64,000 nt of DNA from Acidimicrobiales bacterium. GTDB taxonomy: Bacteria; Actinomycetota; Acidimicrobiia; Acidimicrobiales; SZUA-35. The position numbers and the translations under genes were made by a program. Where the stretch lies: NCBI GenBank assembly GCA_020629155.1, contig JAHDDW010000011.1, positions 19,412 through 83,411 on the forward strand, given 5' to 3'. Shown here piece after piece: positions 56,783-64,000 of the stretch (position 1 is its first letter; each line of letters opens with the position of its first letter). The notes below the pieces were generated by a model. The model saw only the letters and a list, made by a program, of their open reading frames with translations. It had not been told where the DNA came from and did no database searches.

Positions 56783-56921
56783 CCACGACTTTGGGAAAGA
56801 CGGCCCGCCACAAGGGCAGCGGCATAGCAGTTGCGCTACGAATAGCACTCGGGCGGCGTACCGCAATGCGTTTCAACCACCTAAAAATTTAGAGGATGTT
56901 CTACGTCAAGAGGGTACAGCT

Positions 56922-57158
56922 ATGCGGTTCGCTGGCTATGAGCTTGACCTTGACAACGAGGATATCGATTATTCACGAGAAGTGATTGAACCGTTGCGTC
57001 TGTCTACTGACTATTCGGTTTGGTTCCGTGCTTTTTATGGCGACACTATTGGACGATCAGCTGGGTACAGCCCACTCGGTTTGTCTGATTTTGCTGGTTT
57101 AAATGTGGCGTTGACTGATGCTATAGGTTCAGATCCACTTGAAGCGCTGCAACGTTGA
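56922..57158 (+). CDS. Small hypothetical protein (78 aa)
   Basis: ATG 56922 is preceded by AGAGGG at -8. The upstream part of the listed ORF (56700-) overlaps the GNAT gene and was discarded. Confidence 0.35.
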   Translation: MRFAGYELDLDNEDIDYSREVIEPLRLSTDYSVWFRAFYGDTIGRSAGYSPLGLSDFAGLNVALTDAIGSDPLEALQR

Positions 57159-57394
57159 TTTTGGAGGCATCAACAACGACAGAGCCCACTTTTATCGCCT
57201 GCGAAAAATATCTTTACTAGTACGATGCGTTGCTGACAAAACATCAGGCTTAGTTTACTAGCTTCAATTCTCCTATAAATTTTTGAACATGTTGACACGC
57301 AGCTTTAAACGATTTTTTGCGCAAGCGTTCACTTCATAGCCCTTTCAACACTTCTGCAACACTGTCAAAAGCAAATTTATAAGCTAGCCTGGAA

Positions 57395-57467
57395 CTAGTG
57401 TTTGCGACTGGCGTTAGTGGATTACCACAAGGAAGCAAATCACCTAGAAAAGTCGTGCGCCTGGGCA
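57395..57467 (+). promoter_or_regulatory. ZTP (pfl-motif) riboswitch in the glyA leader
   Basis: GCGACUGGCG (57404-57413), hairpin UGGAUUACCA, the P1 partner CACCUAG pairing with CUAGUG, a linker, then CGCCUGGGCA (57458-57467). The order and sequences match the ZTP consensus GACUGGCG ... CCGCCUGGGCA. The SD AGGAGA and ATG lie 13-26 nt downstream. Confidence 0.75.
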
Positions 57468-57492
57468 ATTTAATCATCTAGGAGACCATCGA

Positions 57493-58935
57493 ATGACAGC
57501 ACAAACCCCAGAAACTATTGCTTACCAAAACGCTTTAGACGTTATCGCAAAAGCTGAGCCGACCGTAGCAGCTTGCATCAAAGGCGAGTTAGAGAACCAG
57601 CGCAGCCAGCTTAAACTTATTGCTAGTGAGAACTATGCTTCGCCAGCAACATTGCTCGCAATGGGTAACTGGTTTAGCGACAAATACGCCGAGGGCATTC
57701 CAGGGCACCGATTTTACGCAGGCTGTGAATACGTTGACCAGGTTGAAACGTTAGCAGCCAACCATGCGCAAGAGCTTTTCGGCGCTGACTATGCGTATGT
57801 GCAGCCACACTCTGGCATCGACGCTAACCTTGTTGCGTTTTGGGCTATTTTAGCGCAACGGGTTGAAGCGCCTTTCCTGGCTGAGCAACAAGTGAAACAC
57901 GTTAACGACCTTTCTGAGGCTGATTGGGCGACACTGCGAGCAAGTTTTGGTAATCAGAAAATGATCGGCATGTCACTCGACTCTGGTGGGCATTTAACAC
58001 ACGGTTTCCGTCCAAACATTTCTGGCAAACTGTTCGACCAACGCAGCTATGGCGTTGACCCTGCGACAGAGATACTCGATTATGCAGCTGTCCGTCAGCT
58101 TGCCAAAGAGTTCAAACCAGATGTTGTTGTTGCTGGCTACTCTGCTTACCCACGCAAGGTCAATTTCTCGATCATGCGTGAAATTGCCGACGAAATCGGC
58201 GCGACGCTGATGGTTGATATGGCCCATTTCGCTGGCCTTGTCGCTGGTAAAGTTTTCACAGGTGATTTCGACCCTATTGCGAATGCGCATATCGTCACCT
58301 CGACCACACATAAATCATTACGCGGCCCTCGTGGCGGCATCATCTTATCCAACGATGAAAACCTTCAGCCCTTTATTGACAAGGGCTGCCCTATGGTGCT
58401 CGGCGGGCCGCTAGCGAACGTTATGGCTGCGAAAGCCGTGGCGCTTTCTGAGGCGAAACAGCCTGAATTTAGCACCTACGCACATCAAATAGTAGCCAAT
58501 GCCAAAGCGTTAGCTGATGGGCTGAAAAGCCGAGGCGCTCGCCTTGTTTCTGATGGTACTGATAACCATATCGTACTCGTTGACGTTACTCCGTTTGGGC
58601 TTAGCGGCCGTCAAGCCGAACTTGCATTGCAAGACGCTGGCGTTATCGTCAACCGAAACTCTATACCAAATGACCCTAACGGTGCGTGGTATACCTCGGG
58701 CGTTCGTCTAGGCACACCAGCACTAACAACACTCGGGTTAAAAGAAGCAGACATGACTGAGGTTGCTGACATAATTGCTTCAGTGCTGAAAGCTGCAACG
58801 TCGAACACAACAAATGCAGGAAAGGCATCGAAAGCGAAATATTCGTTGGGTAACGACGTTATCGATCTGGGCCGCAAACGTAGCGCTGACTTGTTAAGCA
58901 ACTACCCACTTTACCCAGAGGTTACTTTAGGATAA
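57493..58935 (+). CDS. glyA: Serine hydroxymethyltransferase
   Basis: SGGHLTHG and [14 protein letters not shown] (PLP Lys) motifs. It is longer than usual because of a ~30-aa insert and a C-terminal extension. Confidence 0.95.
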   Translation: MTAQTPETIAYQNALDVIAKAEPTVAACIKGELENQRSQLKLIASENYASPATLLAMGNWFSDKYAEGIPGHRFYAGCEYVDQVETLAANHAQELFGADYAYVQPHSGIDANLVAFWAILAQRVEAPFLAEQQVKHVNDLSEADWATLRASFGNQKMIGMSLDSGGHLTHGFRPNISGKLFDQRSYGVDPATEILDYAAVRQLAKEFKPDVVVAGYSAYPRKVNFSIMREIADEIGATLMVDMAHFAGLVAGKVFTGDFDPIANAHIVTSTTHKSLRGPRGGIILSNDENLQPFIDKGCPMVLGGPLANVMAAKAVALSEAKQPEFSTYAHQIVANAKALADGLKSRGARLVSDGTDNHIVLVDVTPFGLSGRQAELALQDAGVIVNRNSIPNDPNGAWYTSGVRLGTPALTTLGLKEADMTEVADIIASVLKAATSNTTNAGKASKAKYSLGNDVIDLGRKRSADLLSNYPLYPEVTLG

Positions 58936-58957
58936 ACCGATAACGCCCCTAATCTAA

Positions 58958-59075
58958 CCAAGGAGAGATCCCCAATCAAGTTGGGGATGACGAGATCAAG
59001 TTGGGGATGACGAGATCAAGTTGGGGATGACGAGACCAAGTTGAGGATGGCAGGAACAAGTTGGGGATGACGTGG
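58958..59075 (+). repeat. Second copy of the intergenic repeat element, with 5 copies of the 20-nt tandem unit
   Basis: The same 34-nt head as at 48447. CAAGTTGGGGATGAC occurs at 58977, 58997, 59017 and 59057, with a degenerate copy CAAGTTGAGGATGGC at 59037. It ends in GACGTGG as at locus 1. Confidence 0.85.
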
Positions 59076-59090
59076 TCGTGGGAATAAACC

Positions 59091-59130
59091 ATCTAACGAA
59101 AGCAGCTGGGAGGTTCTGCTTTCGTTAGAT
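59091..59130. terminator. Perfect 15-bp hairpin between the convergent glyA and PBP-like genes
   Basis: ATCTAACGAAAGCAG (59091-59105), a 10-nt loop, then CTGCTTTCGTTAGAT (59116-59130). The flanks are not strongly U-rich. Confidence 0.5.
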
Positions 59131-59138
59131 AGCGGCAT

Positions 59139-60686
59139 CTACTCTGAGGTTGATGGGTACTCCACCTCAACCCCGTTAGGGATCTCCAGCAACTTACCTT
59201 CATCTTCTACGGGCTTAGGCTCTATGAAATCAATAGGGTCAATGTTTTTATGGATTTTTTCCATATAGTCAGCCCACAGAGGAGCCGCTATAGTACCGCC
59301 AAATGGGTTCACTCCTTCGATTTCGATACGCACGCCTTCGTCATTCGAAACGATTACAGTCGTTGCTTTCTGTTTTGTATAGCCAGCGAACGAAACGCTT
59401 GTAGGTTGCGCATCTGTTGCTGTTTGTCCAGCGACTTGATGATTCTCCATTCCAGCCCGCCGACCTGTACCCATACCGTTTGTTTGTGCCACATTGTCGT
59501 AAAGTTTTTTTGTCACCTCATAAGCTGTCTGTGAGTTAAGTATTTGCATCATTTCTTTTTCCCGCTCGTACAGCACTTCTCCATAAGGGTCTTCAATCCG
59601 ATCGATCATCCACGGCGTCACTTTTTTGCCGCCATTTGCAAATGATGCATACGCTCCTGTAAGGTCTACGGGAGCTATCAATTCTTCGCCGATTGGCAAT
59701 ACTGTATCGACCGTCTCTACATCCAGACCTAATAATTCAGCCGTCTTCGATACAGTATCTTTGCCTACGAATAGCCCAAGTCGAGCAGCAAAACATTTGT
59801 TAGAAAACAGTTCTTCGCCAATACTGCCAGCTCTCTCAGGAGGCCCATAGGAAGATCCAACTAATTTATTTACATCGCCCGATGCAGTTTTAAAGGCACA
59901 AGGCCCACCTGCTGCAATCGAATCCTGTGAAGTTACACCACTTTCGAGAGCGCTTGCATAGATAACTGGGCCGAAAGCATCTCCAGCCTTACGTTTATGC
60001 TCCATTACAGAGTTTTCGGTTACACTAGCGTCCTGAGTGGCAGGAATTTGTCTGCTGACAAGTGCGTTAATCGCCCCTGTTTCTGTGTCAACCGTGACAA
60101 GGTCAACCGAGTTGTCGCCAGGTGGTACAGACGAATTTTTTATTGATGTTAACGCAGCCGCTTGAAAATCTGGGTTATACCCCGTATAGATTTTCAAACC
60201 GCCACTTTGCAAAACTTCTGCCAGCGATGAACCTTTCAGATTCAAAAGCCCATCATCCACAATTTTTTGCTCCACAAGTCGCACAAATGGTTCCGCGTTT
60301 TCAGATCGAACCCGAGTTTCTTCATCCTCAGAATCATCGACCACATACCCTTCTATGACAGATCCGTCTATCGCATAAACAGTGGAAGCTTCGCCGATCA
60401 GTTCAACAGACTCGTGAGCGATATCATCAGATGGCGCCTCATCATTTTTAACTAGCGTGAGTCCAGCAATCACAACTGCAAACATAGCTAAAGCTGAGCC
60501 TACTAGCAGCGTCCTTGACTTTCTCACTCGGCCTTTTGTTATAGGATCATCTTGTTTCTTCTTCACGTGCACAACCTTCGATCTAATCTGTGCCCCAGAA
60601 GACGTTTCTAGGGTCTCCCCAAATGCTTCTAGGTCTTTGAATAGATCATCTCTAGGGTTTTCGTTTTTAAATGTCATGAGCATCAA
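59139..60686 (-). CDS. Membrane protein with catalytically degenerate PBP transpeptidase-like ectodomain (putative anti-sigma/sensor)
   Basis: A ~58-aa cytoplasmic N-terminus, TM LLVGSALAMFAVVIAGLTLV, then a class A PBP-like TP domain. The SxxK box reads AGDAFGP (Asp236, Gly239), SxN reads SNK, and KTG reads QTA (421-423). The start overlaps the sigma gene stop by 20 nt. Confidence 0.65.
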   Translation of the reverse strand: MMLMTFKNENPRDDLFKDLEAFGETLETSSGAQIRSKVVHVKKKQDDPITKGRVRKSRTLLVGSALAMFAVVIAGLTLVKNDEAPSDDIAHESVELIGEASTVYAIDGSVIEGYVVDDSEDEETRVRSENAEPFVRLVEQKIVDDGLLNLKGSSLAEVLQSGGLKIYTGYNPDFQAAALTSIKNSSVPPGDNSVDLVTVDTETGAINALVSRQIPATQDASVTENSVMEHKRKAGDAFGPVIYASALESGVTSQDSIAAGGPCAFKTASGDVNKLVGSSYGPPERAGSIGEELFSNKCFAARLGLFVGKDTVSKTAELLGLDVETVDTVLPIGEELIAPVDLTGAYASFANGGKKVTPWMIDRIEDPYGEVLYEREKEMMQILNSQTAYEVTKKLYDNVAQTNGMGTGRRAGMENHQVAGQTATDAQPTSVSFAGYTKQKATTVIVSNDEGVRIEIEGVNPFGGTIAAPLWADYMEKIHKNIDPIDFIEPKPVEDEGKLLEIPNGVEVEYPSTSE

Positions 60687-61176
60687 CCTTTAAAGCAACA
60701 CGTAGCTTTTCTAAACCACGTTGAATATGGGCACGCAACGACGAAACGCTTATGTCCAACACAACCGCAGCTTCGCCTAATGGCCAACCCAAAGCGTGCA
60801 CCAGAACCACAGCGACACGCTGTGATTCGGTTAAACCCTCCAAAGAAGGAGCTAGCTGAGGTTCAAACGACGGGCCGTCGTTAACAGGTTTTGCAGGCAG
60901 ATAGCCTTGCGGTTTTGTCTGCCTGCGGACAGAAGTCTGCCCGACACGATAAAGATACCCGGTAGGGTTCTTCATCTTTTTGAGCCTGTCCCAATTTTCC
61001 CACCCATAGGCCATAGCATCGGCAGCGGCTTCAACCCCGATATTCGGACCGAATGCCGCCACCAAACCAGCGCGCAGCTGCGCGCCGTTGTTTTCAATAA
61101 ATGTTTCAAACGTCACATACATATAAAGCGGCCTGGAAGAAAAAGTGTGACGGAATACCCAATAAATTATAGCCAT
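60667..61176 (-). CDS. ECF-type RNA polymerase sigma factor (start uncertain)
   Basis: Region 2-like FETFIENNGAQLRAGLVAAFG...AYGWENWDRLKKMKNPTGYLYRVGQ. Region 4 HTH LTESQRVAVVLVHALGWPLGEAAVVLDISVSSLRAHIQRGLEKLR. The ORF is open to 61320; ATG 61176 or 61122 are more plausible starts. Confidence 0.75.
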   Translation of the reverse strand: MAIIYWVFRHTFSSRPLYMYVTFETFIENNGAQLRAGLVAAFGPNIGVEAAADAMAYGWENWDRLKKMKNPTGYLYRVGQTSVRRQTKPQGYLPAKPVNDGPSFEPQLAPSLEGLTESQRVAVVLVHALGWPLGEAAVVLDISVSSLRAHIQRGLEKLRVALKVDAHDI

Positions 61177-61373
61177 CTCGGATCGCCACGCTTCGCTCTC
61201 AGATTTGATCTTTCGTGGGGCACCTGGGCAGTGCCATCGGTGACTTTCCTTACCTGTCAGATAGGCCTTTCTACTAAAGTTTCTAGGCAGAAAAAGTGAG
61301 CCAACTTGCCAGCGCCCCAAATGCAGCTAGAGAAAGGAAGCGAAAGCGATAAAGGGCCTTCTCCAAGACATAG

Positions 61374-62210
61374 ATGCGTAGCATTCTTATCGAAAGCTCA
61401 GCTACAATCAAAACGGGTGGGACAACAAGTATGAGCATGTTGGGTAGTGAAACTAAATCTCGTAGAGACTTCCAAGATCCGTCGGCCGATTTTTTGACGG
61501 TCGACGTCGAAAGACCGCAACACCGACAACCTGAATCGACACGCCTGGCGCCAACAAACACTTCTGACCAGGCAGTTTCACAGGCGCCATTTATCAGCGT
61601 CTCGCCTCTCCCTACGCAGCCTCCGCCTGCGCAAGAAAGCCCGACCTGGCCGTTTGAAGCCGAATCTCGGACGCATTCACGCCAGCCCCCTAATCATAGA
61701 CAGTCCTCTAGCAGCAAAACACGCACGAGGCAGCAACAATTTGACCGCTTTGATCACCTCATCACGCAACAAATGGCAAAACATGCACCTGGGTTTATCC
61801 AGTCTAGTTTGGGGCTTATTTTCATATGGTTTGGAACACTCAAGTTTTTCTCAGGAGCTAGCCCAGCTGAAGCACTTGTTACAGAAACCTCCGAGAAATT
61901 TTTTGACCTTATCGGCATAGGCATACCTGTAAAACTGGCGATCTTCCTTCTTGCAGTATGGGAAGTAAGCATAGGTGTCGCCATGCTTTTTGACATGTTT
62001 AAACGCACCGCTGTTTGGATGCTGCTTTTACACATGCCATCAACTACATTGCCGCTTTTCCTCTTGCCACATCTTGTCTGGAACCAGTTTCCCTTCGAAT
62101 TAACGCTAGAAGGTCAGTACATTATCAAAAACCTTGTTTTAATCGGCGGCGCACTCGCTATAGGCGCAACCGTCCGAGATAAACAACCGATCGAAGATTA
62201 TTCGAAATGA
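61374..62210 (+). CDS. DUF417/RclC(YkgB)-like membrane protein, possibly with a low-complexity N-terminal extension
   Basis: The C-terminal 146 aa (from ATG 61773), FIQSSLGLIFIWFGTLKF...LEGQYIIKNLVLIGGAL, parallels E. coli YkgB LIRLSIAIVFMWIGLLKF...GAGRLVLKDTLMLAGAV. Only ATGs at 61374, 61431, 61437 and 61773 are available as starts. Confidence 0.6.
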   Translation: MRSILIESSATIKTGGTTSMSMLGSETKSRRDFQDPSADFLTVDVERPQHRQPESTRLAPTNTSDQAVSQAPFISVSPLPTQPPPAQESPTWPFEAESRTHSRQPPNHRQSSSSKTRTRQQQFDRFDHLITQQMAKHAPGFIQSSLGLIFIWFGTLKFFSGASPAEALVTETSEKFFDLIGIGIPVKLAIFLLAVWEVSIGVAMLFDMFKRTAVWMLLLHMPSTTLPLFLLPHLVWNQFPFELTLEGQYIIKNLVLIGGALAIGATVRDKQPIEDYSK

Positions 62211-62650
62211 GAATTGCTGCTATATTTCTAGTTGCTCTGCTATTCAGTGCATGCAGCACTTCAACGCAGGCGCAACCCACCAAGACACTTCCAGATATGC
62301 GTCCACGGCTAGGAGCAACAAACTCTTTTGAACAAGGAGTCACTCCTATGTACGATCCTGATATTTTTGTAGTAAAAGAAAATGAACAATTTCGTTTATT
62401 CTCTTCTAAAAATCCAAATAACGGATGCAGGTTGTCAACAGACCTCGCTGATCACGGAGAGAACTTGCAACAAGAAACGTTCTTCTTTGATCCATGCCAC
62501 GGTGATGAATTTGACAGCAACGGCAACTTTTTGCAAGGAAAGTCAGACCATTTAAAGCCCATGATTATATATCCTCATGTAGTTGAGAACGGCCAACTCA
62601 TTCAAGGTGTAGCAGAATTACAGCCACTCACAAACGAGAAAAGCGCCTAG
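62207..62650 (+). CDS. Lipoprotein with degenerate Rieske-like motif
   Basis: Lipobox LFSAC. DPCHGDEFDSNGNFLQG resembles Rieske box II (CPCHGSxFD..G), but box I reads NPNNGC instead of CxHxGC. ATGA overlap with the upstream gene. Confidence 0.5.
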   Translation: MRIAAIFLVALLFSACSTSTQAQPTKTLPDMRPRLGATNSFEQGVTPMYDPDIFVVKENEQFRLFSSKNPNNGCRLSTDLADHGENLQQETFFFDPCHGDEFDSNGNFLQGKSDHLKPMIIYPHVVENGQLIQGVAELQPLTNEKSA

Positions 62651-63598
62651 ACTAGCAGGGTCGCACAGCGCAGCAGCTTCATTGGCCCGGCTGCGCATTT
62701 TAAACGAGTGTAACGTTGGCCGTGCCGCTTCTTGTTCCCAAATTGCCTTACCTTCTACAACAAGCCCGTCAATACCCCACTTTTGGAGAAACTCGGCTTG
62801 AGTCAAAACTTGTGGATCTTCTGGCAGCTGATCTATCGCTATATCGGTTGTGATATCCCACGAACCAGGCTCATGCAGAGGATTATCGCTGCGTTCATGC
62901 TCGCGATAGGTTCGCAACCAGTCGCCACGCAGTAGCTCGTGTGTCAAAGTTACTCCATAGTCTAGGCAAAGTAGCGCCGCTGGCTTGCGCTCTAAGATAC
63001 TTTCCACCCACAGGCTTGCCTGTTCTAAAAATGGCAACCTTGTGCCGATCGACGCATTTTGAAGATACTCCATCACCTGGCTAGGCGGATTATTGTCTGA
63101 GGGATCTACTGAGCCATTTTGCAATGACTCTCTATGATATTGAGCAGCATCTGCGTTAGCTGTAACATACAGTTCTGCTATTTCTGATTCTGTCTTTTCC
63201 AAAATACGAAAAGGTAGGTTATCAAGCAGCTCATTAGCAATTACTACAGTGGTGTTATCAACATAGCCTGTCTGATTTTGCGCAAACTCTTCAGGAGAGA
63301 TGTCTCCTCCATAGTCGATACCTAGAACCGTCCAAGTTGACTCGAAACGATCAGCTGCTCGTAAGGCTGTTAACAATGCTCCAGCACCAGAACCAACATC
63401 AAGCACTGTAAAATTGTCAGGCTTGCCTTGCTCACACCAAATCGAGTGGACCCACCGACAGAGCACCTCACCGAAAAGCGGACCAACCTCAGCGCTCGTC
63501 AAAAAATCTCTGCGCCTTCCAGCAAGACCTTTCCCAGAGCTATAGAAACCTTCACTGCCATAAAGACACTGCGCCATATACTGATCGAACCGTTGCAT
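62618..63598 (-). CDS. SAM-dependent methyltransferase, MidA/NDUFAF7 (DUF185) family
   Basis: FDQYMAQCLYGSEGFYS...DFLTSAEVGPLFGEVL...VLDVGSGAGALL. The 3' end overlaps the convergent lipoprotein gene by 33 nt. Confidence 0.75.
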   Translation of the reverse strand: MQRFDQYMAQCLYGSEGFYSSGKGLAGRRRDFLTSAEVGPLFGEVLCRWVHSIWCEQGKPDNFTVLDVGSGAGALLTALRAADRFESTWTVLGIDYGGDISPEEFAQNQTGYVDNTTVVIANELLDNLPFRILEKTESEIAELYVTANADAAQYHRESLQNGSVDPSDNNPPSQVMEYLQNASIGTRLPFLEQASLWVESILERKPAALLCLDYGVTLTHELLRGDWLRTYREHERSDNPLHEPGSWDITTDIAIDQLPEDPQVLTQAEFLQKWGIDGLVVEGKAIWEQEAARPTLHSFKMRSRANEAAALCDPASLGAFLVCEWL

Positions 63599-63655
63599 GC
63601 TTCATCTTATCGACTCAGCCAAATCCCGAGCATCAGAGACAATACACAAGGTTTT

Positions 63656-64000
63656 CTATCGCATTGGGCCTTGAATACCTTTGCCCGTCGACGCCTGTGG
63701 AGGCGGAAACTGAACTTTATAAGAATTTTCTGGACTCTTCGTATCTTCTAGTGCAAGGTACAAATCTCCTGGGGTGTCTGCGATATTCCGAGCAGTTGCT
63801 TCTGGAGAGACACGAAATACTATTCCAGCTTGTCCTTTAGAACCAGTGAGTACAGGTGCACCTTCTAAATTCTGACTTTCAAAGAAGCAACCATTCGTTG
63901 GACCTGTTCTAAGCGGAGCTTCTGCTTCTACGACGTAGATCATAGTAGCTGGCATAGCATCTGGCGTTTCAGAGAAGCGGTGAAAAGTTGGGTGCTCGTC
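63656..64000 (-). CDS. Hypothetical protein (5' end beyond the window)
   Basis: The frame stays open from the listed Met (63955) to nt 64000 (DEHPTFHRFSETPDA precedes it). No motif recognised. Confidence 0.4.
   Translation of the reverse strand, partial: DEHPTFHRFSETPDAMPATMIYVVEAEAPLRTGPTNGCFFESQNLEGAPVLTGSKGQAGIVFRVSPEATARNIADTPGDLYLALEDTKSPENSYKVQFPPPQASTGKGIQGPMR

Noticed and set aside
56700-56921. 5' part of the listed 152-aa ORF
   Set aside because: It overlaps the 3' end of the GNAT gene and then runs through low-complexity basic sequence. Only the portion from ATG 56922, which has an SD, was kept, and that with low confidence.
58986-59030. Each 20-nt unit encodes a mini-ORF ATG ACG AGA TCA AGT TGG GGA TGA (MTRSSWG), with an ATGA overlap to the next unit
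   Set aside because: This is probably a by-product of the repeat sequence. Only the first unit has an SD-like AAGGAGAG upstream, the degenerate units break the pattern, and a 7-codon peptide has no support.
58977-59071. The tandem array of CAAGTTGGGGATGAC units, considered as a CRISPR array
   Set aside because: The units are contiguous with a 20-nt period and no unique spacers. There are only 2-5 copies and no cas genes in the window. This is a minisatellite, not a CRISPR array.
61283-61561. 92-aa minus-strand ORF upstream of the sigma gene with a hydrophobic stretch
   Set aside because: It overlaps both the extended sigma ORF and the DUF417 ORF. It has no SD or motif, but it cannot be fully excluded if the DUF417 gene really starts at 61773.

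Overview
Compact, gene-dense bacterial chromosomal segment with about 60 protein genes, one tRNA and no rRNA or CRISPR. All calls come from reading the ORF translations and the DNA by eye; no database search was run, and motif coordinates were hand-counted. The gene content looks actinobacterial, which is an inference: PAC2 protein next to clpB, a LytR_C protein, an AftD/DUF3367-like GT-C protein, a long-type IleRS, DUF2510, membrane Ser/Thr kinases, and a HAIR-like repeat upstream of clpB. Housekeeping backbone: glyQS, rnhB, DEAD-box helicase, trhO, the rplM-rpsI-glmM-(GlmS-like)-acpS string, ileS, birA, glnD, clpB and glyA. Accessory or unusual patches: (1) a 1.5-kb islet bracketed by a perfect 33-bp duplication of the tRNA-Thr 3' half, carrying a toxin/HTH-antitoxin pair. 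(2) A patchwork region between rplM and ileS, in which a two-gene nucleotidyltransferase cassette is flanked by iteron-rich imperfect direct repeats and followed by a lipoprotein ORF with no canonical start codon. (3) An ECF sigma factor followed by a membrane protein whose external PBP-transpeptidase-like domain has lost all catalytic motif residues. (4) A 1134-aa GlmS-like protein, nearly twice the canonical size, in the position where glmS is expected. (5) A dispersed 3'-end repeat family containing a 20-nt tandem array with a different copy number at two loci. (6) Two stand-alone ATPase plus PD-(D/E)xK-like genes, one abutting a truncated pepE. (7) A frameshifted sulfotransferase in a flippase/GT-C envelope cluster. 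(8) A ZTP riboswitch upstream of glyA. No complete known defence system, prophage, transposase or integrase is visible.
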